From contig JAJVHU010000029.1 of assembly GCA_022072505.1 (NCBI GenBank), forward strand, positions 5,917 through 69,916: a stretch of DNA of 64,000 bases, given 5' to 3'. Shown here piece by piece: positions 18,362 to 28,063 of this stretch (positions within the stretch are counted from its first letter, which is position 1; each line of letters opens with the position of its first letter). This stretch comes from Phycisphaerae bacterium (GTDB taxonomy: Bacteria > Planctomycetota > Phycisphaerae > UBA1845). Below the pieces are notes generated by a model, which saw nothing but the letters and a program-made list of their open reading frames with translations, was not told the origin of the DNA and ran no database searches. The translations under genes were made by a program, and so were the position numbers.

Positions 18362-19999
18362 TCACGGAGCCTCGGATTCGGGATGCGCTTCGAGGAAGAC
18401 GTCGAGCGAGTAAGCCGGGTTCGTCATAAACGGCCGGTAAAGCGGGTCGCCGACGAGCGCGACGCGCCATGACAGAAACGGGTTCGTCCGCGCGAAGCAC
18501 TCGACCAGCGTCAGTTCGCCGGTCATCAGCAGCCCGAAGAACTCACTCGGCCGTGGAAACGCCGCCAGATACGGCTCGCTGGTCGGTCCCAGCGTCGCCG
18601 CCGCGCCGTCCGTCAGCATCCCGCGGCACCAGTAAGCCTTGTTCGTGCGGGACAGCGACCCCAGCTCGAAGCTGGCGATGTGATACCCGACGGCCCCGCG
18701 CTCGAACGAGAACGCGGGTACATATTTCGCCAGCGAGTACCAGCCGCAATACAAGGCAGTTCCGGGGCACGAACCCTCCGCGAAGACGGGTTCGCGCTGG
18801 TCGAACACGACGGGGATCGCGGTCCGCGTGCGCGTCCACTCCGCCAGAGCCGCCAGATCGCGGTCGTACACCCGGTATTCGTCATCCTTCGTAAGCCCGC
18901 GGGCGTCGATGTAGAACGTGCCGCGCAGCCCGCTCCGCTCCGTGTGAAGCGCGTCGGTCATCATCCGCTCGACGATCGCCGGGTCAGGCCCGTCCAGGCG
19001 CGCGATCATCAAGGCGGCGTCGTGCGGTCGCGAGGGTTTGCGCAGGCCTCGCAGAGGGTTCGGAACCCACCGCGCGAGCGGGTAAGCGTCGCCGCGAACC
19101 AACGCCAGCTCGCTGTCGAAGGCGGCTTCGCTGTCGGGCGGAACGAGCGACTCGGCGCGCTTCGTGAGGAACGCGGACGCGCCGGCCAGCCCGCTGCGAA
19201 CCCGCAGGGCCTGCGCGAGTGCTCCGAACTCCGGCGATCCCGGCTCGGCGTCGGCGTTCCGCTGCACGCGTTCCTCGGCGTCCTTCAGGGTCCGCTCAAC
19301 AAGCGCGATCTTCTCCGGCGACTCCGGGATCCCGCGGTCATCCGCAAACTGAATCAGCTCCAGCAGAACCCGGCCGCCTTCGACGCACTCGAGGTACGCG
19401 ACCAGCTCGCGGTTAAGGTTGATCCGCGCCTCGTCGGGAAGCTCTCGCGCGTACGCGGACCACGCCCGGCGCGTCGCGTCGTGACGATCCCAGAGCGAAG
19501 GCTTGCGCCCCTTCAGGGCCGAGGCGACGCGCGCCTGCACGATCGCCGGAAGCGCGGCGAGTCGCTCCTCAAGCAGCGCGGTCCACTCCGCCTCCAGCGC
19601 CGCCCGCGCCTCGGTCAGCGCGTCCGCTTTCCGACGATCTTCAGGAGACGGTTCGACCGCGGCCACCTTCAGCGGAACGCCGCGAAAGACGACGACGCAT
19701 CGGAGGTCGCGGTCTTTCATCGGTCCCGCCAGCCACGTCCGGATGCGATCGGCGGCCGCTTCATACTGCCGGCGAGTGAGCGTCTCCGCCTGCGGAAAGG
19801 GAAGGGCGAGCATCTGATCGGTCGGAACTCCGCGAAAGTCGGCGTACCGCGCGGCAAGGGCGACCGAGTCGGCGTCGCCTTCCCGCGCGATCAAGGCGCA
19901 TTGCTCCGCTCGAAGCTGACCGGTCGCGGGCGTCGTCCCGACCGCCAGCGCGAGGAGCGCGGTGAACGTGAGGATCGAAGGCGGGTGCGCGAGGATCAT
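18362..19999 (-). CDS. secreted conserved hypothetical protein, resembles the TIGR03790 family
   Basis: It has a signal peptide, a N-terminal segment ALIAREGDADSVALAARYADFRGVP and a C-terminal segment YCGWYSLAKY ... GYHIASFE. The family assignment is from memory and has not been searched. Confidence 0.6.
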   Translation of the reverse strand: MILAHPPSILTFTALLALAVGTTPATGQLRAEQCALIAREGDADSVALAARYADFRGVPTDQMLALPFPQAETLTRRQYEAAADRIRTWLAGPMKDRDLRCVVVFRGVPLKVAAVEPSPEDRRKADALTEARAALEAEWTALLEERLAALPAIVQARVASALKGRKPSLWDRHDATRRAWSAYARELPDEARINLNRELVAYLECVEGGRVLLELIQFADDRGIPESPEKIALVERTLKDAEERVQRNADAEPGSPEFGALAQALRVRSGLAGASAFLTKRAESLVPPDSEAAFDSELALVRGDAYPLARWVPNPLRGLRKPSRPHDAALMIARLDGPDPAIVERMMTDALHTERSGLRGTFYIDARGLTKDDEYRVYDRDLAALAEWTRTRTAIPVVFDQREPVFAEGSCPGTALYCGWYSLAKYVPAFSFERGAVGYHIASFELGSLSRTNKAYWCRGMLTDGAAATLGPTSEPYLAAFPRPSEFFGLLMTGELTLVECFARTNPFLSWRVALVGDPLYRPFMTNPAYSLDVFLEAHPESEAP

Positions 20000-20448
20000 C
20001 AGAAGCGCTTCCGGGAGTCCATCAGAATGCAGACCGGTCCGTCGTTGACCGCGTCGATCTTCATGTCCGCGCCGAAGCGCCCCCTCGACACCGGGACGCC
20101 GAGCGCCGCGGCCGCCTCGCAGAACCGGTCGACGAGGCGCGCCGCCCCCTCGCCCGACCTCGCACTGTCGAAGCTCGGGCGGCGTCCGCGTCGCGCGTCG
20201 GCACTGACGGTGAACGCGCTGACGACGAGCATGGCGCCGCCGACGCCGCTCACGTCGAGGTTCATCTTCCCGTCCGCGTCGGGGAAGACGCGGAGACGCG
20301 CCGTCCGCTCCGCGAGAGCAAGCGCGTCGTCCTCCGTGTCATCCGCGTCCACACCGAGGTAAACGAGCAATCCCCGGTCGATCCCGGCGAAAATCGCGCC
20401 GTCGATCGTGACGTCGCCCCGTGACACCCGTTGCACCACCGCCCGCAT
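19999..20448 (-). CDS. dtd: D-aminoacyl-tRNA deacylase
   Basis: The sequence contains MRAVVQRVSRGDVTIDG ... GLLVYLGV ... SAFTV and is of full Dtd length. Its stop overlaps the downstream start codon by 1 nt. Confidence 0.9.
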   Translation of the reverse strand: MRAVVQRVSRGDVTIDGAIFAGIDRGLLVYLGVDADDTEDDALALAERTARLRVFPDADGKMNLDVSGVGGAMLVVSAFTVSADARRGRRPSFDSARSGEGAARLVDRFCEAAAALGVPVSRGRFGADMKIDAVNDGPVCILMDSRKRF

Positions 20449-20452
20449 CCGC

Positions 20453-21448
20453 TCAGGCCTCTTTCGCCGCCGTGACGCCGTTCATGTACAACGCTCTCAT
20501 GCCCTCGATGCGGTCCTTGATCAACTCCCGAAGCGCCGGCGGCTGAAGCACGCGCACCTCGTCGCCGTAACCGAGGATCCACCAGGATATTTCCTTCAAC
20601 CCGTCCACGTCGACCTCGAAGATCAGTCCGCCATCCGACGCGCGGAACGTCCGCTGCGTCGCGTGCCAGCGGATCTCAGCGACGTTCTCGGCGACGCGCG
20701 GCGAGAAGCGGAGCTTCACCCGCCAGGTCCGGTCCTCGCGGATGACGTTCCACGCCCGCCCGAAGTGGCGCTCGACGCTGAAGTCCGGGTCGGGGCGGTA
20801 CGTCTCCTGCGTCACCTCGATCGAAACGAACCGCTCGATCTTGAACATCCGCACTTCGCTATGCGCCTCGCTGAAGCCCAGCAGATACCAGCCGCGATGA
20901 ACATGCACCAGCCGGTAAGGGCGGATGACCGAAGTGACCAACTCTCGGGGGCTTAAGGCGCGGTATACGCCGCGGACCTTCAGCCGCATCGACATCGCCC
21001 GCTGGAGATACTCGACCTTCGACGCGGCCAGCTCCGTCCGCGACTCCGGAGGCGGGATGAATTCGATGTCGCGCAGGAGCGGACCGCAGGTGTCCTGAAG
21101 GCGGCGCGGCAGAAGGCTCTCGATCTTGACGGCGGCCGACGCCAGCTCGCGCGGGTTCGGGTGGCTGCGCTGCCGCAGTCCCTGCCGCAGCAGCGCCAGC
21201 AGCGCGAGCGCCTCGGGAAACGTCAGGTGCGTCGGCGGCAGGAGCGACTCCTCCTTCGGTTGATACGTCGCGGAGCGCCGGCTGAACGCAAACCCCACGC
21301 CGGCGTCGTCCAGCAGCTTCAGATCGCGGAAGAGGGTGCGGCGCGAGACTTTGAGGGACTCGGCGAGCTTCTCGGGCTCGAGCGGGCGACCGCTCTGCAG
21401 AAGCTGCATCATCTTCAGGAGTCGTGCGACTCGATCCACGCGTTTCAT
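20453..21448 (-). CDS. HTH + WYL domain transcriptional regulator (YafY-like)
   Basis: The N-terminal wHTH reads RVARLLKMMQLLQSGRPLEPEKLAESLKVSRRTLFRDLKLLDDAGV. The central WYL core reads PYRLVHVHRGWYLLGF, and a C-terminal WCX-like region follows. Confidence 0.85.
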   Translation of the reverse strand: MKRVDRVARLLKMMQLLQSGRPLEPEKLAESLKVSRRTLFRDLKLLDDAGVGFAFSRRSATYQPKEESLLPPTHLTFPEALALLALLRQGLRQRSHPNPRELASAAVKIESLLPRRLQDTCGPLLRDIEFIPPPESRTELAASKVEYLQRAMSMRLKVRGVYRALSPRELVTSVIRPYRLVHVHRGWYLLGFSEAHSEVRMFKIERFVSIEVTQETYRPDPDFSVERHFGRAWNVIREDRTWRVKLRFSPRVAENVAEIRWHATQRTFRASDGGLIFEVDVDGLKEISWWILGYGDEVRVLQPPALRELIKDRIEGMRALYMNGVTAAKEA

Positions 21449-21532
21449 GACGCCGGGTCCGCGCCTCGAGCCTGCGCCCCCGCGGGATGCGGTCCGAGAC
21501 GGACGGGCGTCGAGGGTGCGCGCATCCTACCG

Positions 21533-22912
21533 TTATCGCGCCGAAAACGGCAACATTCTCACCGCAACAAACCCCAGCAGGCTCATCATCCCCAGCCCGA
21601 CGACCAGATGAAACACGGGTCGCCGGCCGCGACGGGCGCAACCGACGAAGACCAGCAGGGCGAAAAAATTGACGCCGACGCCCGCGGCGAAACGACCCAG
21701 CGTGTCATCCGCCGAAGCCACCCCGGGAAACCGCGGCCACAACGCCAGCAATCCGCCGCACAGCAGCGTGACGCACGAGCACGCGAAGGAGAAGCGCCGC
21801 GCCAGCGGGATCATCCGCCCCGCGGTCGTCCACGCCTCGCGGTCCCGGAGCTGCTGCATCCAGACCCCCGCGAGCCACCCCCACAACCACGTCAGGAACG
21901 CGAACCCGGCCATCAAGGCATTGAACACCATCGCATACCGCGCCGACGGCGAGCCGACGCGCGCCGGAACGATCGATTGAAAAACCGCCGCGCATCCCAG
22001 CGAGATCAGGGCAAGCCCGATCTCCGCCAGCCCCTCGCCGAAGGATCGGTTCAGGTGCGTCAGCAGCGACAATCCGCAGAGGATCGCACAAACGGCGCAC
22101 GCGGGCAGCGCCGCGCGGCAGGTCCAGCCTGCCGGGACCGGCAGCACCATCGTCGCCGCCAGCGCCAGAAAGGAAGTAAGCGCCAGAACGCAGCACCCGG
22201 TCCGAAGCCCGGCGGAAGCCGAATCTGGCGTGGCGCTCAATTTCCACGGCGCCGACCGCGCCTGCGACCAGTTTCGACGCCGCAGCGCCGCTCCTTCCAG
22301 GAGGGTCACGGCCGCAACCAGCACGGTCGCGCAGAACTGCCAGCGCGCCAGCGTCGTAAGCAGACACGCATAACGCGCCTCGCCCGTCGGAAGCGCCGAC
22401 GGGACCGCGTCGAGCGCCCACGTCAGCGCCGCCGCAACTCCCGTCCAGAGCGGGATCACGCGCGGGAGAACGCCGACGCCGGCGGGCAGAAGCGTCGCCA
22501 GCAGCAGCAGCAACGACGGCCACAACGAAGGCGCATCCGCAACGTTTGATATCCCGGGCGCAGTCGCCGGCGAGGACAATGCCGCAGCCAGCGACACTCC
22601 GCGCAACGCCAGACCGACGCAGATCCCCACGCCCGCGCATACGCCGAAACCGAGGAGGAAGTAACCCGCCACGACGGATAATTCGGATGCCGACGAAGCG
22701 TCGCCGTCGCCTTGCCTGCGTCGAACGTCCGCCCTGCGGGTCGCGGCATGAATCACGCTCCACGACAGGGCGGCGCCTGCGGCGGACCCCGCGATCCTCT
22801 CGAGCAAGGCTTCAGTGCGAGGCCACGGGGTCAGGACGGCGTGCAAGACGGCGGTGGTCAATGACGCCCCGATCAGCGCCAGACCGACCCCGCGCGGCAA
22901 GATCCGGATCAT
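21533..22912 (-). CDS. polytopic membrane protein, unknown function
   Basis: The sequence is hydrophobic with at least 10 predicted TM segments and I recognise no family motif. The 557-aa track ORF overlaps the upstream TIM-barrel gene, so the real start is later: ATG at 22912 or GTG at 22957. Confidence 0.55.
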   Translation of the reverse strand: MIRILPRGVGLALIGASLTTAVLHAVLTPWPRTEALLERIAGSAAGAALSWSVIHAATRRADVRRRQGDGDASSASELSVVAGYFLLGFGVCAGVGICVGLALRGVSLAAALSSPATAPGISNVADAPSLWPSLLLLLATLLPAGVGVLPRVIPLWTGVAAALTWALDAVPSALPTGEARYACLLTTLARWQFCATVLVAAVTLLEGAALRRRNWSQARSAPWKLSATPDSASAGLRTGCCVLALTSFLALAATMVLPVPAGWTCRAALPACAVCAILCGLSLLTHLNRSFGEGLAEIGLALISLGCAAVFQSIVPARVGSPSARYAMVFNALMAGFAFLTWLWGWLAGVWMQQLRDREAWTTAGRMIPLARRFSFACSCVTLLCGGLLALWPRFPGVASADDTLGRFAAGVGVNFFALLVFVGCARRGRRPVFHLVVGLGMMSLLGFVAVRMLPFSAR

Positions 22913-23031
22913 CACCAACCCGAGGAGTGCGACGCTGAGGATGGCAAGCGTGATCACGATGGTGACAAGGTCCAGCGCCTGCGTTCCGGTTGCGTCAGGC
23001 GCTCGTTCTCGAGGCCGCCTTCGACGCTGAT

Positions 23032-23934
23032 TCAGCTTGACGGGACGGAGGCCGACGCCTTCGCCGCGAATTTCGCCGCGTTCTTGTCCCCCTTGTATGC
23101 GGAAAGGACGGCCTGTTTTTTCGACAACTCCGCCTTGAGAAACTGCGCCGCGGCGGGCAGGGCCGCGGACGGGTCGGGCAGGTCCGGGATCCAGGCCTTC
23201 GGCCACTCAAAAACCAGCCACCCCTCGTGCCCCACGCCGCGGAGCAACTCGATCTGGCGGGCGACGCCGACCTGACCCTCCCCCGGGAGCTGGTACGCCT
23301 TCAACACGCCGCTCTCGTCGAAGTCCGCGTCGCAGATATGCGACACGGCGATCTTGATGCCCAGGCGCGGGATGGACACGCTGGGGAACTCCCGCCGCGT
23401 TCCGGCGTTCGTTTGATTCCAGCAGCATTGAACCGCGGGGTGCGACACGGCGTCGAGCAGATACCACATGTCGTCGCTGCGGGTGAAATCGCCGGTGTTT
23501 TCGATCAAAAGCGTTACGCCGTGCTTCACCGCGGTCGGAACCAGCTCGTGCAGTTCGCGGGCGATCCGGCTCAGTGCGGCGTCATGATGATCGAAGCGCT
23601 GGATCTCGCCGGCGAAAAGCTTCACAAAGGGGCAGCCGAGCCGCCCGGCCAGTTCGACGTGTTCGACCAGCGTCCGCCGGGATTCGTCGAGGCGGGACCG
23701 CTTCTTGCTGTCGAGGGTGACGGAGGGGGACAGGCAGATCAACTCGACGCCGGCGTCCGTGAAAGCCTTTTTCGCCAGGTCGGGGTTGCCCGCGAGGGCG
23801 GCGCAGCGGAGGAGGTCGAACTCGCCTTTGAGACCGCGGACTTCAACTCCGGCGTACCCCAGCGCAGCGGCCTGGGCGATCGCCGTCGGCAAATCCCAGG
23901 CAGGACAGACAAGCGTGCTGAAACCGATCTTCAT
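23032..23934 (-). CDS. sugar phosphate isomerase/epimerase (xylose-isomerase-like TIM barrel)
   Basis: From ATG at 23934 it reads MKIGFSTLVCPAWDLPTAIAQAAALGYAGVEVRG, typical of AP_endonuc_2/TIM-barrel proteins. The upstream 52 codons of the track ORF are not supported. Confidence 0.8.
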   Translation of the reverse strand: MKIGFSTLVCPAWDLPTAIAQAAALGYAGVEVRGLKGEFDLLRCAALAGNPDLAKKAFTDAGVELICLSPSVTLDSKKRSRLDESRRTLVEHVELAGRLGCPFVKLFAGEIQRFDHHDAALSRIARELHELVPTAVKHGVTLLIENTGDFTRSDDMWYLLDAVSHPAVQCCWNQTNAGTRREFPSVSIPRLGIKIAVSHICDADFDESGVLKAYQLPGEGQVGVARQIELLRGVGHEGWLVFEWPKAWIPDLPDPSAALPAAAQFLKAELSKKQAVLSAYKGDKNAAKFAAKASASVPSS

Positions 23935-24302
23935 GACCGTCACCTGATCCGCCGGACGTCGCAGGCGGTTCCGACCGGCGTGGCGCGTCCGAGTCGGGCA
24001 TTCTGGCGATCCTTCGATCCCGGTCAATGCGCCCGCGGCGGCGCCCCCCGGGATTGTCGAAACTCGTCCGGTCGTCCGGATTCGGGGCATGAGGGGGTCT
24101 TGACGGGTCGTTATTCGGTAAGTAAGCTATCGCTTTCATACTTCGTGAAAAAAATCACGAAGTCGGAACGACAAGTCGATATATGCGGATGACAACGGGT
24201 TCTGAGTCCGGACACCGGCGGAGGGCTCGGGACAAAGACGGATCGGGATCAGCGGCCAGGCGCCGCCCCGCCGCCGGCGGGCCAGGTAAAGGAGACGCAA
24301 AG

Positions 24303-25055
24303 ATGTTGCGAAGCATTCGCACCGGGATGGGAAGCGCGTTGGCGTTCGGAATCATTTGCGCGGCGGCTGCGGCGCAGGACACGGGCACGCTGAAGGGGAC
24401 GATCTTCCTCTCGCACAAGGCGGGCGAGCCGCCGAAGCGGACCAACCTTTTCAACGACATCAAGACGGAGGCGAAGTGCGCGGAGCAGTATGAAAAGCCG
24501 CAGGTCGGCTCCGAGCAGGTTGTCAGCAAGTCGATCGAAGGCAAGGATGACGCGCGTATCCTCCAGTACGCAATCATCTACGTGTCGTCGGACGTGGGTC
24601 CGGCGTCGGCGCCGCCGGCGGAGGCGAAGGTGCTGGATCAGAAGGGGTGTCTCTACATTCCGCACGTGGTGACGTTGCAGGTCGATCAGACGCTGGAGGT
24701 TCTCAACAGCGACCCGATCCTGCACAACATCAACGCCCAGCCGGAGAAGAACCCGGCGTTCAATTACGGGCAGCCGCAGAAGGGCATGAAGAACCCGGTG
24801 ATCTTCAAGAAACCGGAAATCTTCAAGGTCAAGTGCGACGTTCACAAGTGGATGGGCGCCTGGATCGGCGTGTTCCCGCACGCGTTCCACGCGGTCAGCA
24901 ATGAGAAGGGCGAGTTCGAGATCAAGGGTCTTCCGCCGGGCGAGCACGAGATCACGTTCTGGCATGAGGTGTTCGGCGAGCAGAAGCAGAAAGTGACGAT
25001 CAAGGCCGGCGAGAACAAGCTGGATCACACGTTCAAGATGGAAGGCAGCGGCTGA
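24303..25055 (+). CDS. secreted cupredoxin (type-1 copper, amicyanin-like loop) with a C-terminal beta-sandwich domain
   Basis: ATG at 24303 follows an AAAGGAGA RBS and leads into a signal peptide. The candidate copper ligands are H in PILHNI, and C, H and M in KCDVHKWM. Confidence 0.75.
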   Translation: MLRSIRTGMGSALAFGIICAAAAAQDTGTLKGTIFLSHKAGEPPKRTNLFNDIKTEAKCAEQYEKPQVGSEQVVSKSIEGKDDARILQYAIIYVSSDVGPASAPPAEAKVLDQKGCLYIPHVVTLQVDQTLEVLNSDPILHNINAQPEKNPAFNYGQPQKGMKNPVIFKKPEIFKVKCDVHKWMGAWIGVFPHAFHAVSNEKGEFEIKGLPPGEHEITFWHEVFGEQKQKVTIKAGENKLDHTFKMEGSG

Positions 25056-25183
25056 AGCGGCGCGGACTGAAGCGCGCGTCCCGCAGGAATGACGGCGGGT
25101 GACGTCCCGAGGGCGTCATCCGCCGTTTGACTTTGCGGGTTCAGCCGGGCAGAAGGGTTCCGGATTTCGAAAGTTGAGGCTGC

Positions 25184-26167
25184 GTGAGACGGATGATTGC
25201 GGTGGAGCGTGCAGCAGCAAGTCAAGCCTTGTCGCGAGGGGCGGGAGAGGCGTCGTCGCGTTGGATGTTCCGGTTTGCGGTGGCGACGGTGGTGCTGGCG
25301 TCGTTTCTGATCTTTGTCGGCGGCTCGGTGACCAGTCTGGACGCGGGGATGGCGTACCCGGATGCGCCGCTGTCGAACGGCGCGTTGATTAACCCGCCCG
25401 GGTGGTTGAAGCAGGTCAAGACGTTCTGGGAGCACAAGCATCGGCTGGTCGGCTGGGGGGTCGGTCTTTGCGCGGTGGCGACTGTCGTGGCGGGTTTTGT
25501 CTCGGAGCGTCGGTCGTGGGTGAGGTTGGCGTCGATCGGATCGCTGTTTCTGATTGTGTCGCAGGGGATTCTCGGCATTTTCCGGGTGCGGTATGACTCG
25601 GTGGCGATGGCGATGGGTCACGGGGTGTTGGGCCAGGTGACGTTCACGTGGCTGGTGTGCGCGGCGATGTTCTCAAGTCCGTCGTGGGCGCGTAGACTGC
25701 CGCCGGCGCGATCCGAGGAGGCGGCGTGGCGGGCGCGGTGGTCGCGGTGGCTGGTCGTGGTGCTGGGGGTGCAGTTGCTGCTCGGGGCGGGCGTCCGGCA
25801 TTTCGGCTCGTTCGGGCTGCTGATCGTCCACATCTGGTGGGGGACGATGGCGGCGGTGATCGCGCTGCGGGTGACGATGCGCGTCCTGGGCGAGGTGGCG
25901 GACGGGCGGGGGTTGCGGCGAGCGGCTTCGATCCTCGGGGCGGCGACGGTGGCTCAGGTGTTGCTGGGCGTCGGCGCGTTTGCGGTGACGGGGGGGTCGA
26001 GCGCGTTGATCGAGTCCGCGACATTATCGCAGTGGATCGTGCCGACGCTGCACGTGCTGACGGGGGCGGTGGTGCTTGCGTCGGCGGGCGCGGTGTGCGC
26101 GCTGTGCCAGGCAGGGACGGTTGCGGATTGTCGTGTTGTTCCGCAGGACGCGGCGACGGCGGCGTAA
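25184..26167 (+). CDS. ctaA: heme A synthase (COX15/CtaA family)
   Basis: It is a multi-TM protein with the segment FVGGSVTSLDAGMAYPD and conserved His-bearing helices. The start is uncertain (25184, 25193 or 25265). Confidence 0.8.
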   Translation: MRRMIAVERAAASQALSRGAGEASSRWMFRFAVATVVLASFLIFVGGSVTSLDAGMAYPDAPLSNGALINPPGWLKQVKTFWEHKHRLVGWGVGLCAVATVVAGFVSERRSWVRLASIGSLFLIVSQGILGIFRVRYDSVAMAMGHGVLGQVTFTWLVCAAMFSSPSWARRLPPARSEEAAWRARWSRWLVVVLGVQLLLGAGVRHFGSFGLLIVHIWWGTMAAVIALRVTMRVLGEVADGRGLRRAASILGAATVAQVLLGVGAFAVTGGSSALIESATLSQWIVPTLHVLTGAVVLASAGAVCALCQAGTVADCRVVPQDAATAA

Positions 26168-26173
26168 CGCGAG

Positions 26174-27100
26174 ATGATTCAGAGTCCGACACAAGATGCC
26201 GGCATGATGATCGCCGCGGCGCCGGCGGGGCGAGCGGAGGGTCTTGCCGCCGTCCGCGCGGGAGTCGAACTGTTGAAGCCGCGTCTGACGGCGCTGGCGG
26301 CGGCGGCGTGTGCCGCGGGGTACGTCCTTGCTTCAGGGGACGGATTCTCCGCGCAGGGGATTCTGGCGGTTGTCGCGGGCTCCTTTCTCGTCGGCGGCGG
26401 CGCGAACGCGCTGAATCAATACCTGGAGCGTGATCTGGATCTGCTGATGACTCGGACGCGCGGTCGTCCGCTGCCTTCGCGGCGACTTGCGCCGGGCGCC
26501 GGGCTTGCGATCGGGTTTGCCTGCGCGCTGGCGGGGCTGGGGGTTCTGGCGGGGTTCGGGAACGTCCGGGGCGCGGCATATGCGTTGTTCTCGCTGGGGC
26601 TGTATCTGCTGGTGTACACGCCGATGAAGCGGCGGTCGGCGTGGAACACGGTGGTGGGGACGGTTCCGGGAGCGTTGCCGGTGCTGATCGGCTGGGGGTT
26701 TGCGGGCGCGGCGCTTTCGCCCGCCGCTCTGGGCGTGTTCGGGATCCTTGTGTTGTGGCAGCTTCCGCATTTCTTCGCGATCTGCCGGCTTTGGCGGGAC
26801 GATTATGCTCGGGCGGGTTACGTGATGTGGCCGCTGTCGGACGTTGACGGCCGTCGGACGGGCTGGGCGGCGGCGGCGTTATGCGCGGCGTTGGCGCCGG
26901 CGTCGCTTCTGCCGTGGTGGACCGGGCTTTCGGGCGTGGTTTCGGGCGTGGCGGGAGTGGGGCTGAGTCTGGCTTATCTGGCATGCACGATTCCGATGGC
27001 GGCGCGTCCTTCGGCGCGGACGGAGCGGTTGTCGTTCATCGCGTCGATCGCTTACCTGCCGCTTCTGATGGCGTCGCTGGTGCTGGATCGCGCGGTCTGA
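26174..27100 (+). CDS. ctaB: protoheme IX farnesyltransferase (heme O synthase)
   Basis: It has the UbiA-family motifs LLKPRLT and NQYLERDLDLLMTRTRGRPLPS and the layout of a 9-TM protein. Confidence 0.9.
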   Translation: MIQSPTQDAGMMIAAAPAGRAEGLAAVRAGVELLKPRLTALAAAACAAGYVLASGDGFSAQGILAVVAGSFLVGGGANALNQYLERDLDLLMTRTRGRPLPSRRLAPGAGLAIGFACALAGLGVLAGFGNVRGAAYALFSLGLYLLVYTPMKRRSAWNTVVGTVPGALPVLIGWGFAGAALSPAALGVFGILVLWQLPHFFAICRLWRDDYARAGYVMWPLSDVDGRRTGWAAAALCAALAPASLLPWWTGLSGVVSGVAGVGLSLAYLACTIPMAARPSARTERLSFIASIAYLPLLMASLVLDRAV

Positions 27101-27112
27101 CGGAGAGAGCGG

Positions 27113-28057
27113 ATGAGACCGACGCCGGCCGTGTTGGTGCAGGAGATCGGGCATCAATACGGGTCGCTGGCGGCGCTGTCGGACCTGACGTTTGATGTTG
27201 CGCAAGGCGAGTTCGTCGCGCTGCTGGGTCCGAACGGCTGCGGCAAGACGACGCTTTTCCGGATTCTTGCGACGCTGATGCGGCCGACCCGGGGTCGGGC
27301 GTCGGTGTTGGGTGCGGACGTGGAGGCGGATCCCGGCGCGGTGCGGCGTCGGATCGGGGTGACGTTTCAGTCTCCGAGCCTGGACGGTCGGTTGTCGGTG
27401 CGCGAGAACCTGAGGCATCACGGGCATCTTTACGGTTTGCGCGGTCGGGATCTTTCAGCGCGGATCGAGTCAGGGCTGGAGCGTGTGCAGTTGTGCGACC
27501 GGGGGAAGGATCGCGTGGACCGGCTTTCGGGCGGGATGAGACGTCGGGTTGAGATTGCGAAATCCCTGCTGCACGAACCGGACGTGTTGTTGATGGACGA
27601 GCCGAGCACGGGGCTGGATCCGGCGGCGCGGCGGAGCCTGGCGGACCTGCTTGCGGGGCTGCGCCGGGATCGGGGTCTGACCTGTCTGATGACGACGCAC
27701 CTGATGGACGAGGCCGAGTGCTGCGACCGGGTGGCGATTCTGGATCGGGGCCGGCTGGCGGCGCTGGACGCGCCGTCGGCGCTGAAGGCCTGCGTCGGCG
27801 GCGAGGTGGTGACGATCCACGCCGAAGATGCCGGCGCGCTGGCGGGGCGGATCCGCGAGGAGTTCGGGGTTGCGCCGCAGGAGACGGATCGGGGCCTGTG
27901 CATTGCGGATCCGCGCGGTCATGCGTTGGCGGCGCGGCTGGCGGAGAGGTTCGGCGATCGAGTCCGGTCGATTACCGTGAGTCGTCCGTCGCTGGATGAC
28001 GTGTTTCTTCGGCTGACGGGGCGGCGCCTCGAAGGAAGCGGCGACCTAGGCGGATAA
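27113..28057 (+). CDS. ABC transporter ATP-binding protein
   Basis: Walker A GPNGCGKTT, signature LSGGMRRR and Walker B LLMDEPSTGLD are all present. Confidence 0.9.
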   Translation: MRPTPAVLVQEIGHQYGSLAALSDLTFDVAQGEFVALLGPNGCGKTTLFRILATLMRPTRGRASVLGADVEADPGAVRRRIGVTFQSPSLDGRLSVRENLRHHGHLYGLRGRDLSARIESGLERVQLCDRGKDRVDRLSGGMRRRVEIAKSLLHEPDVLLMDEPSTGLDPAARRSLADLLAGLRRDRGLTCLMTTHLMDEAECCDRVAILDRGRLAALDAPSALKACVGGEVVTIHAEDAGALAGRIREEFGVAPQETDRGLCIADPRGHALAARLAERFGDRVRSITVSRPSLDDVFLRLTGRRLEGSGDLGG

Positions 28058-28063
28058 GAAACG

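Noticed and set aside
23935-24090. N-terminal 52 codons of the TIM-barrel track ORF, and the 24183-24302 extension of the cupredoxin ORF
   Set aside because: Both extensions are Arg/Gly/Pro-rich and lie in the divergent promoter region. Conserved sequence, an RBS and (for the cupredoxin) the signal peptide begin at the internal ATGs at 23934 and 24303.
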